From: Pirellulales bacterium
GTDB lineage: Bacteria > Planctomycetota > Planctomycetia > Pirellulales > JAICIG01
NCBI GenBank assembly: GCA_040901675.1
Contig: JBBDYJ010000025.1
Span: 127,943 to 191,942, forward strand
Reading direction: 5' to 3'
DNA: 64,000 bases
Shown here: positions 56,124-64,000 of the stretch, piece after piece
Layout: every line of letters starts with the position of its first letter
How positions within the stretch are numbered: the stretch's first letter is position 1
Translations under genes and position numbers: made by a program
Notes under the pieces: model-generated
Database searches by the model: none
What the model was told of the DNA's origin: nothing
The model's input: the letters and a program-made list of their open reading frames with translations, nothing else

Positions 56124-57329
56124 ATGCCGATGACACTTTGCCCACTTGTTAAGTCCCTCACCTTGAAGCGGTTTCGAAGCTTCAAGAACGCGCAGGTCGA
56201 GTTCGACAATCCCACGTTCCTAGTCGGGCAGAACGGATCGGGAAAGAGCAACCTTGTCGACGCCTTTGCTTTTCTTGCCGAGTCTATGGCTGGACCGCTT
56301 TCCGCGGCGATCGACAAGCGGGGTGGAATCTCAGCCGTCCGGTTTCGCCCGGCGCGCGGCTCCGGCGCATCGAGCATGGGCCTGGGAGTCGCGCTTGGTT
56401 CGCTGAACGACGAGACCACCGCCGCGCATTACGCCTTCCAGATTGAGGCTCGCCGCAACGAACGTCTCAGGGTCATCCGGGAGCAATGCCAAATCCGGCG
56501 TTCAGACGGTGAGAGGTACTGGTTCGATCGCCAGGAAGATGGTTTTGTTTCAAATGTCGCCGCCCTGTCGCCCGCGCTTGATTCCGCGTCCCTGGCCCTG
56601 CCGGTAATCGGTGGCCACGCCCAGTTCGCCTGTCTGCTGCGAACATTGGCGGCCATGCGAGTCTATTGCATTAACCCGACCAGCTTGCGATATCCGATCG
56701 ACGCGGACAGCAATGGCAGCCTCCGCGGCGATGGGGGTAACGCCGCCGCGGTCCTGGACGCGATCCGGCGGGAGAGTGAAGACGTATTCGAAACACTCCG
56801 CGAGCTCTTGGCGTCGATCGTCCCGGGAATGATCGCTGCAACGTCTCATCGACGAGGCGACAAGCTGACGATCGAGTTCTTGCAAGAAAGCGCGGAGGGA
56901 CGGCTCTCGTTCGACGCCGCCAGCATGTCCGACGGCACGCTGCGTGCAATGGCCTTGCTGCTTGCGGCGTTTCAGCACCCTTCGCCCTCGGTGATGGTCA
57001 TCGAAGAGCCTGAGGCGAGCATGCACCCTGGCGCTTTGGGTGCCGTTCTGGACATGCTGCGGCATGCCAGTCTCAACACGCAACTGGTCGTGACTACCCA
57101 AAGCACGGACCTGCTAGACGCCGAGTGGATTGAGGATCGTCACCTGCGGATCGTTACAAACGATCAAGGGCAATCCCACGTCGCTGGGTTGGCGGACTCT
57201 TCTCGAAGCGTGTTGAGAGACCGCTTGATGCGTCCCGGCGAGCTGCTTCGGGCCAATGCTCTCGATCCCGCGCCACCCGGTCCGAGTTCCGAGTCGGATG
57301 CAAGCGAGCTGTTCGAGGAGCTCGCTTGA
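56124..57329 (+). CDS. ABC/SMC-like ATPase (AAA_21/AAA_15 type)
   Basis: 'LKRFRSF', Walker A 'GQNGSGKSN', 'MSDGT', Walker B 'IEEPE', 'TTQS'. Confidence 0.9.
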   Translation: MPMTLCPLVKSLTLKRFRSFKNAQVEFDNPTFLVGQNGSGKSNLVDAFAFLAESMAGPLSAAIDKRGGISAVRFRPARGSGASSMGLGVALGSLNDETTAAHYAFQIEARRNERLRVIREQCQIRRSDGERYWFDRQEDGFVSNVAALSPALDSASLALPVIGGHAQFACLLRTLAAMRVYCINPTSLRYPIDADSNGSLRGDGGNAAAVLDAIRRESEDVFETLRELLASIVPGMIAATSHRRGDKLTIEFLQESAEGRLSFDAASMSDGTLRAMALLLAAFQHPSPSVMVIEEPEASMHPGALGAVLDMLRHASLNTQLVVTTQSTDLLDAEWIEDRHLRIVTNDQGQSHVAGLADSSRSVLRDRLMRPGELLRANALDPAPPGPSSESDASELFEELA

Positions 57330-57985
57330 AGATTCAGCCGATCGTCGAAGGGCACGGCGACGAGAAGGCCGTTCCAGTCTTGCTTCGCCGCTTCAGCGAG
57401 CTGAGCGGCCTTTACGGCATTGAGATCGGCAAGCCGATTCGGATCAACAAGGGACACTTGACTCGCGAAGACCTCCTTCGAAAATCGGTTCAATTGGCGC
57501 TCAGGCAGCCGGGTTGCGGCTCGGTCTTCATCCTGTTCGACGGTGATGACGACTGTCCCAAAGAGATTGGACCCCGCGTTCAAGCTTGGGCTCAAAGCGA
57601 GGCTCATTCGATTCCAACCGCCGTGATCGTCGCCAAACGGGAATTCGAGGCATGGTTCCTGGCCGCCATGGAATCATTGCGCGGCAAGCGGCGTATCCGG
57701 CCGGACGCCACCTCGGTCCCGGATCCTGAGTCCGTGCGAGGAGCCAAGGAACGCATCGAGCAGTCCATGCTGCCGGCGCGGCGAGGCCAGCGACCAGGTT
57801 ATCTGGAACGCACGGACCAGCCCGCCTTCACGGCCATCTTCGACATGCCAAGTGCGTACCGAGCGTGTCGGTCTTTTCGCAGGGCGGTGCGAGCCTTCGG
57901 CTTGCTTGCTGAGGCAACGGGTATTCAGATCGCGGTCTGGCCTCCACCTGATTGGAAACAAGAGCCGTCCGGACCCTCCGCTTAG
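57326..57985 (+). CDS. DUF4276-like (TOPRIM-fold) protein
   Basis: 'IVEGHGDE', 'DGDDDCP', 'EFEAWFL', 'SFRR'; TTG overlaps the ATPase stop. Confidence 0.8.
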   Translation: MKIQPIVEGHGDEKAVPVLLRRFSELSGLYGIEIGKPIRINKGHLTREDLLRKSVQLALRQPGCGSVFILFDGDDDCPKEIGPRVQAWAQSEAHSIPTAVIVAKREFEAWFLAAMESLRGKRRIRPDATSVPDPESVRGAKERIEQSMLPARRGQRPGYLERTDQPAFTAIFDMPSAYRACRSFRRAVRAFGLLAEATGIQIAVWPPPDWKQEPSGPSA

Positions 57986-58256
57986 GGCGAAGGGTGGAGG
58001 CGGAATTAAAGGACGCGACGCGAATGTCACGACCCCTTGTTTCTGGCGAGACGGGAGACAACTCGATTTCTTGCAGTGCAGCAGCCCGTAGGCGTTCGTC
58101 GAAACAGTCTCCTTGCGGCGCGGGCGGAGCGGCCACCAGTGCCGGCCGACTTGTTCATCGCTCCAGCCTCCAGCCTTAGACCCCCGTTCGCCATGCCGAG
58201 GAACTGGGCACGACGTGACGTCGAAGGACAGCATGGGCGCCGGTTTCAACGCCAGA

Positions 58257-59219
58257 TTACGACCAGACGCGATGCTTAATCGGCTTCCAGTCACCGAAGG
58301 TCGGCATCACTTCCGCGATCGAATACGTCCGTTTCTCCACTTCGCCAACAATCCGCGCACAGAATCGTCGCCGCAGGACGGCACCGCGATACTCAAACTG
58401 GAAGGAACCATCCACGAGGTGAAGCACTATCCTAGGATCCGTGGGATCGGATGGCAGCCCGAACGACATGTCGTGATCCTTCAACACCTTGAGCGACGAA
58501 ACGAAGCCAATCTCCACCTTGCGAGTCGGTGGAATGCGGTCAATCTGCAGCCGGTAGTCCAGAGCGGGCAAGGGCGGCCGACCTCGAGTCACGCAACCGC
58601 CTCCTTTGATGTAAACCTGCATCGCCACTCGAATCGGTTCCCATCCAACGTTCACGCCAGCCGGCTTGTCGACGCCAAACGAGTGAACGACCGGCTCCGG
58701 CAACTGCACTTCAGCGTCAAGATCCTTGATCTCGATGCCTGAAGGATTTTCGATGCAGAAGCGATGCTCTCGAAGGTCAGCTATTTGCTCCGCGGTCACC
58801 GATCCGGGTGAATTGCCAATCGTCAGTCCGTTCAGCGTAGCAAACGCAATCCGCGGCAACTCGGGAATGATCCCGCCGTTCCTGATCCACCTTTCATGAG
58901 CCGCCCGCCATTGAAGAAGAAGGCCACGCGGAAACGCAGCCTCGTCCTTATCGATGATGTCGCTGCATTTCGAGCAAAGCCAAATCGCGTTCTGAATACC
59001 TCGACGGTGTTGTGTGCTCTGTTTCACGTCGTACCTGGGACCGCCAGCCGCGGCAGCCGTGATGTGGCACGCCTTCGCAGTCTTGAGCGACTTCGAGGGA
59101 TCTGAATGCGGCCCAACAGTCGGCTCGCGACATTCCGGATTCGTGCAGATGTACGCAGCACGCTCGGCAACAACCCGTTTAACGCTTTCAGGAAACTCAT
59201 CTCGCGCGTTGGCTGACAT
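58257..59219 (-). CDS. HNH-type nuclease domain plus an uncharacterised C-terminal domain
   Basis: 'CTNPEC', 'ACHITAAAAGGPRY', 'NAIWLCSKC..IID'. Confidence 0.75.
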   Translation of the reverse strand: MSANARDEFPESVKRVVAERAAYICTNPECREPTVGPHSDPSKSLKTAKACHITAAAAGGPRYDVKQSTQHRRGIQNAIWLCSKCSDIIDKDEAAFPRGLLLQWRAAHERWIRNGGIIPELPRIAFATLNGLTIGNSPGSVTAEQIADLREHRFCIENPSGIEIKDLDAEVQLPEPVVHSFGVDKPAGVNVGWEPIRVAMQVYIKGGGCVTRGRPPLPALDYRLQIDRIPPTRKVEIGFVSSLKVLKDHDMSFGLPSDPTDPRIVLHLVDGSFQFEYRGAVLRRRFCARIVGEVEKRTYSIAEVMPTFGDWKPIKHRVWS

Positions 59220-59385
59220 GGCTAGACGACCCTCAAGATGACACCACAGCATAACGCGCCGACCAGGACATCCCGTGCCCGGTACAATCCTTCTTCCAGG
59301 AGGTTTGTTTCCGACCGCTGTGGCATTTGATAGACTTACACGGTTCTATTATCAGGCTCCCGGATAGGCTTGGCGTCAAGGCACC

Positions 59386-59601
59386 AGGCTGAGTAACTGC
59401 GTCAAGGTCACCGAAGCAGCAACGATTTTGGGCGCATCGCAGGGCACCGCGCGCGTGGCAGACACCGGCAAAATACCGATGCACCGAAAACCCGCCAATG
59501 GCTACCGGCTGTTTCGGCGAGCTGAGGCTCGAAGGCTTCCCGCAAAAGGTTGGCAACCCCGTAACGCCGAGACGTCGCCGAGAGGAAATGCCCCCAAATA
59601 A
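59386..59601 (+). pseudogene. Degenerate MerR/excisionase-like HTH gene
   Basis: Manual translation 'VKVTEAATILGASQGT..ADTGKIPMHRKPANGYRLF' with no start codon after an upstream stop. Confidence 0.6.
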
Positions 59602-59801
59602 CGCGCATCTTCGACAACATCGACCAGTCGCTCCTCCCCGCGTTGCGGGAGATGCTGATGCTCGCTGACCGGGCGGACTTCTGTGTTGGGTACGTCATCC
59701 GCGACGTGATGCGACGCCTCCTGGCCGCGTTCGACATTGCGCCTGATCAACTGCAACTGTTCTTGCGCCAGGACCGTGACGCAGCAAGGGAAGTCGCGTG
59801 A
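59598..59801 (+). pseudogene. Probable deletion scar joining the 5' end of a PLD-helicase-type gene to the 3' end of another gene
   Basis: 'RIFDNIDQSLLPAL...ADFCVGY' continues directly as 'VIRDVMRRLL...LFLRQDRDA'; TGA overlaps the next GTG; no in-frame ATG before RIFDN. Confidence 0.55.
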
Positions 59802-61480
59802 CCGCCGGGGAACTCCAACAGCTTGTGCAGGCGGTTCAGCGTCGCCGCAGCGAGCTTGAAAACATCGAGGTAAAGTCGGCCCGGGGCGGCACGCCGAAGC
59901 GGCTGTACGAACCGCTGTCTGCCTTTGCGAATCGCACCGGTGGCGGCGTCATCTTGCTAGGCATGGAAGAGTCTGGCGATTTCGCCGTCCGCGGCGTCGG
60001 CGACGCTCATCGGTTGCAGGAAGAGATTACCCACCTTGCGAATTCCGAAATGGACCCTACCCTGCGCCCTCGCTTCACGCTCGACGACCTTGCGGGCGGC
60101 ACGGTTGTGGCGGTGGAGATCGATGAGATTCCGGCGGCGCAAAAGCCCTGCTTCTACAAGCCGGCGGGGCTTCCCAAGGGTGCTTATCTGCGGGTGGGCA
60201 ATACCAATCGGCAGATGACCGAATATGAGGTGTTCGGGTTCCTCAGCAACCGCGGCCAGCCCAACCATGATGAGCAACCGGTGCAGGGGGCGACTCTGCC
60301 CGATTTGGACGCGGCGCTCGTCGAGGCTTACTTGGACGCCCTGCGGCGGACCCGACCGAAGGCCGGGTATCTCGACGGTCCACGCGACGAGGTGCTCGTC
60401 CGATTGCACGTCGTGGCGCGGGATGGTGCCATCCTGTGCCCAACGTTGGCCGGTCTGCTGGCCTTCGGCAAGTACCCGCAGGAGTTCTTTCCGCAGTTGA
60501 TCATCACCTTCGTGCAGTACTTCGGGACGGCGGAGGAGGAGAAAGCGCCGGGGGGCGAGCGGTTCGTCGACAACGAGCGATTCGAGGGACCGATCGGAGA
60601 AATGATTAACCGGGCACGGGCCCATATTCTGGGCGCGATGCGCAAGTCGTCCTTGATCGAGGGTGTCCTGCGGCGCGACATTCCCGAGTACCCCGAGGAA
60701 GCCTTGCGCGAGGCGGTTTCCAATGCCGTGGCGCACCGAGATTACAGCCCGTATGTGCGGGGCAGCTATATTCAAGTTCGCCTGTTCGCGGATCGCCTGG
60801 AGGTGCAGAGCCCCGGCGGGCTGTACGGCAACGTGACCGAGGACAACCTGGAGGAAGAGCATTCCACGCGCAACGCTCGATTGATGCGGATGATGGAGGA
60901 CCTGCACCTTGTGGAGAATCGGGGCAGCGGCATCAAGGCGATGGTGCAGGCCTTGCGCGGGGCGAACCTCGAGCCACCGGCATTTGACGACCGGCGCTCA
61001 TCCTTCTTGGTGACGTTTCGCAACCATACGTTGATGAACGCCGAGGCCATTGCCTGGCTGAACCAATTCGCCGACCGCCCTTTGAATGATCGTCAGCGGG
61101 TGGCCCTGGCGTACCTGCGGCAACATGAGCGCATGGCGAACGCCAACTACCGCCGGCTCAACCGGGTGGATGCCATCGTGGCGGGGCAGGAGTTGCGGGG
61201 GCTGGTTGACGCTGCGCTCGCCGACCAGGAGGGAGTTGGACGGTGGACAACGTATCGATTGACGGCCCCCAAGGGGTTGCCCGAGCGCCGAGAACCGCAG
61301 ACCGACGAAGATTGCATCCTTGCTTGGGTTGGTCATCACGGCTCCATCACCAACGCGGAATGCCGCGAGCTGCTCGGCGTCAATGAGGATCGGGCGTACT
61401 ACCTGCTCAAGAAGCTTACTGACGCCAAGAAGCTACGTCCCCAGCGTGATTTCAAGGTGCGGCGTTACGTGCTGCGGTAG
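59798..61480 (+). CDS. Schlafen/AlbA_2 plus HATPase (RecG C-terminal-like) plus winged-helix protein
   Basis: 'IEVK', 'SAFANRTGG.ILLG', 'ALREAVSNAVAHRDY', 'SPGG', 'RN', 'ENRGSGI', two C-terminal wHTH segments. Confidence 0.85.
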   Translation: MTAGELQQLVQAVQRRRSELENIEVKSARGGTPKRLYEPLSAFANRTGGGVILLGMEESGDFAVRGVGDAHRLQEEITHLANSEMDPTLRPRFTLDDLAGGTVVAVEIDEIPAAQKPCFYKPAGLPKGAYLRVGNTNRQMTEYEVFGFLSNRGQPNHDEQPVQGATLPDLDAALVEAYLDALRRTRPKAGYLDGPRDEVLVRLHVVARDGAILCPTLAGLLAFGKYPQEFFPQLIITFVQYFGTAEEEKAPGGERFVDNERFEGPIGEMINRARAHILGAMRKSSLIEGVLRRDIPEYPEEALREAVSNAVAHRDYSPYVRGSYIQVRLFADRLEVQSPGGLYGNVTEDNLEEEHSTRNARLMRMMEDLHLVENRGSGIKAMVQALRGANLEPPAFDDRRSSFLVTFRNHTLMNAEAIAWLNQFADRPLNDRQRVALAYLRQHERMANANYRRLNRVDAIVAGQELRGLVDAALADQEGVGRWTTYRLTAPKGLPERREPQTDEDCILAWVGHHGSITNAECRELLGVNEDRAYYLLKKLTDAKKLRPQRDFKVRRYVLR

Positions 61481-61706
61481 ATTCGGTGGCGCCGTACCCG
61501 GAAATACCCGGACTTTACCCGGAACTATTCCGGGTACGACCCCGGGTAACGTCGTAAGTCTTTATCGCACAGCCCGTTGCGGTTCCATTCAGAGGGCGGA
61601 AGGGGGACGCACCCCGAATTCTCATCCGGACCTGAAATCCTCACCGGCTGCGGCCCATGTGGGAACAGACCTGCCAGCTCACGAAGTGGTAGTGGTTGTT
61701 CGGGGG

Positions 61707-61928
61707 CTAGGGCATCGGCCATCCCTTGGCAGCCCCTTCACCAGCGATCTGGAAGAGCATTTTCTCGGGAAGACCATATTTCCACGCCATAAGGGCGTAC
61801 GCTGCTGAGTCGCCTACGCCAGCGTCTTGTGCTTCGACTAGCTCGTAGAAGATTTCCCGTCTTTTCGACTCCGGCAACGGTGCCTCATCAATCACTGGAC
61901 GGTTGCTAATAGCGTTGCCGACCTGCAT
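61707..61928 (-). CDS. Small hypothetical protein
   Basis: 'RREIFYELVEAQD...EG..GWP' resembles small planctomycete proteins (from recall). Confidence 0.5.
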   Translation of the reverse strand: MQVGNAISNRPVIDEAPLPESKRREIFYELVEAQDAGVGDSAAYALMAWKYGLPEKMLFQIAGEGAAKGWPMP

Positions 61929-62029
61929 GTGTTCAATTGGTCGTTGCGACTTAATGCGAGACCATTCTTGCTCCAAGGCCCGCGCCTGAAATAATCGAGC
62001 AATCCCGTCTCCCACGTGACCCGATCGCA

Positions 62030-63847
62030 ATGACTGTCCTTTACGATTTTGACGTGATTGTCGTGGGAGCGGGGCATGCCGGCACGGAGGCGGCTGTGGC
62101 GGCCGCCAGGCTGGGGGCGCGCACGGCCTTGCTCACGACGAGCCTGGACACGGTCGGCCAGATGAGCTGCAACCCGGCTGTCGGCGGCGTGGCCAAGGGG
62201 CAGATCGTTCGCGAGATCGATGCGCTGGGCGGCATCATGGGCCGCGCCATCGATGCCACCGGCATCCAGTTCCGCCTGCTCAACCGCCGCAAAGGCCCGG
62301 CCATGCACAGCCCACGGGCGCAGGCCGATAAGAAGGCGTACCAGCAGGAGATCAAACGGCTGGTCGAAGAGCAGCCCGGCCTCAGCCTGCGGCAGGAAGT
62401 GGTCGAAGACCTGTTGATCGAAGAAGCCGCCAGCGGACAACCGACACGAGTCAGCGGCGTCCGCGTGCGAGGCGATGCCGTCTACCGCGCGCCGGCCGTC
62501 GTGCTCACCACCGGCACGTTCCTCCAGGCGTTGATGCACACCGGCGAAGCCAAGACGCCGGGCGGCAGGGCAGGGGAGTCGACCACCGCCGGCATCTCCG
62601 CCGCCCTGATGCGGCTGGGCTTCGAGCTGCGAAGGTTCAAGACCGGCACGCCCCCCCGCGTCAACGGCCGCACCATCGACTACACCAAGACCGAGCTGCA
62701 GCCGGGCGACGACGAGCCGCAGCCGTTTTCGTTCCTCACCGAAAAACTGCAGGTCGAACAGTTGCCCTGCTGGATCACGCACACCAACCCGGCGGCCCAC
62801 GGGCTGATCCGCGCCAACCTGCACCGGGCACCGATGTACAGCGGGCAGATTACCTCGAGCGGCCCCCGCTATTGCCCCTCGATCGAAGACAAGGTGGTCC
62901 GCTTCGCCGAAAAAGAGCAGCACCAGTTGTTTTTGGAACCGGAAGGCCGGCAGACGCGGGAAGTTTACGTCAACGGCATCTCCACCAGCCTGCCGCGCGA
63001 CGTGCAAGACGCCCTGCTGCGGCTCGTGCCCGGCCTGGAGCGGGCCGAGATCATGCGCTACGGCTACGCGGTCGAATACGATTTCGCGCCCCCCGAGCAG
63101 TTGCGCCCCACGCTGGAAACGAAGCGGGTCGCCGGGCTCTACTTTGCCGGACAGCTCAACGGCACGACGGGGTACGAAGAGGCCGCCGCACAAGGCCTGC
63201 TGGCGGGCGCCAATGCGGCCTTGAAGCTGCGGGGCGGGCAATCGCTGGTGCTCGATCGGGACCAGGCGTACATCGGGGTGCTCGTCGACGACCTGGTGAC
63301 GCGCGGCGTCGATGAACCGTACCGCATGTTCACCAGCCGGGCCGAACACCGGCTGCTGCTGCGGCACGACAACGCCGACCGCCGGCTCACGCCGCTCGCG
63401 CATCAGCTTGGCCTGGTCGAGCCGGCGCGCTGGCAGCGCTACGAGCAAAAGGCGGCCGAGATTGCCGCCGTCCGGCAGGTGCTCGAAACGACCCGTCATG
63501 GGCAGGATCCGCTGGAGCGGCTGCTGCGCCGGCCGGAAACAACGTGGGTCGACTTGATACCCCACGCACCCCAGTTAGCCCAGGTATCCAAGGAGGTTGC
63601 CGACCAGGCGCTGTTCGACGCCCGTTACGCCGGCTACATCGCCAGGCAGGAGATCGAGGTAGCCCGCCAGCGCCGGCTGGCCGACAAGCGGATACCGGAC
63701 AACTTCAACTTCGCGGCGATCGGCCAGCTCCGCGCGGAGGCCCGCGAAAAGCTGTCGCGCGTCCAGCCGACCAGCCTTGCCCAGGCGGGGCGCATCAGCG
63801 GCATCACGCCCGCCGACCTGGCCTTGGTCATGGTGCACCTGGGCTAA
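62030..63847 (+). CDS. mnmG: tRNA uridine-5-carboxymethylaminomethyl(34) synthesis enzyme
   Basis: '[12 protein letters not shown]', '[12 protein letters not shown]', 'RFKTGTPPR', '[11 protein letters not shown]', '[16 protein letters not shown]', '[11 protein letters not shown]'. Confidence 0.97.
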   Translation: MTVLYDFDVIVVGAGHAGTEAAVAAARLGARTALLTTSLDTVGQMSCNPAVGGVAKGQIVREIDALGGIMGRAIDATGIQFRLLNRRKGPAMHSPRAQADKKAYQQEIKRLVEEQPGLSLRQEVVEDLLIEEAASGQPTRVSGVRVRGDAVYRAPAVVLTTGTFLQALMHTGEAKTPGGRAGESTTAGISAALMRLGFELRRFKTGTPPRVNGRTIDYTKTELQPGDDEPQPFSFLTEKLQVEQLPCWITHTNPAAHGLIRANLHRAPMYSGQITSSGPRYCPSIEDKVVRFAEKEQHQLFLEPEGRQTREVYVNGISTSLPRDVQDALLRLVPGLERAEIMRYGYAVEYDFAPPEQLRPTLETKRVAGLYFAGQLNGTTGYEEAAAQGLLAGANAALKLRGGQSLVLDRDQAYIGVLVDDLVTRGVDEPYRMFTSRAEHRLLLRHDNADRRLTPLAHQLGLVEPARWQRYEQKAAEIAAVRQVLETTRHGQDPLERLLRRPETTWVDLIPHAPQLAQVSKEVADQALFDARYAGYIARQEIEVARQRRLADKRIPDNFNFAAIGQLRAEAREKLSRVQPTSLAQAGRISGITPADLALVMVHLG

Positions 63848-64000
63848 GGCCGACCACTCGCGGAGCAAGTGGACCAGCAACAAGCGCCGCGAGTTGTCGT
63901 CAGGCAACCGTCATCAAAACGATTCGCCGCATCGGGCACGCGATGCCTTCAGGCACCCTCGCCGGCCCGCATAAAGCGCCCCATTCGCCATGCCGCGCGC

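Noticed and set aside
58200..59270. Integron cassette boundaries around the HNH gene (GTTATGC upstream, TAATCTGGCGTTG after the stop)
   Set aside because: No convincing paired R''/R' attC hairpin and no integrase; too weak to call

Overview
A GC-rich bacterial chromosome segment, very probably Planctomycetota: it has a DUF1501 protein, an ECF sigma/Ser-Thr kinase pair, FxLRxL membrane-anchor proteins, a Uma2 nuclease and heptamer intergenic repeats. All calls come from reading motifs by eye; no searches were run. Layout: (1) 0.4-12 kb, catabolic and housekeeping genes (beta-propeller phosphoesterase, class III aminotransferase, M81 peptidase, GH127, PDZ, GNAT), with the GH127 3' end duplicated around an ORFan. 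(2) 12.4-19.6 kb, an atypical terpenoid locus (class II cyclase, DUF116-polyprenyl synthase, chorismate-lyase-like protein, thioesterase, monodomain prenyltransferase-fold protein, radical SAM). (3) 19.6-28.3 kb, envelope and signalling genes (TPR/beta-barrel, Tat protein, haem-c kinase plus ECF sigma, repeat-flanked Uma2). (4) 28.4-37.4 kb, a co-oriented cluster with an EhpF/GriC-like adenylating enzyme, an ALDH-fold partner, Fe-ADH, a PQQ-type propeller, a HemN-like radical SAM, a GcvH-like protein and a ferredoxin. (5) 37.5-50.5 kb, an Rhs polymorphic-toxin locus whose two orphan modules start at the same codon next to a shared repeat element. (6) 51-56 kb, SNF2 helicase and DUF1501. (7) 56-61.5 kb, a small decaying defence island. 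(8) mnmG. No rRNA, tRNA or CRISPR array was seen. The best candidates for undescribed biology are a split aryl-reductase plus terpene-cyclase pathway, and a GGGGATAAGTCCAAT repeat element sitting at gene-fragment junctions.
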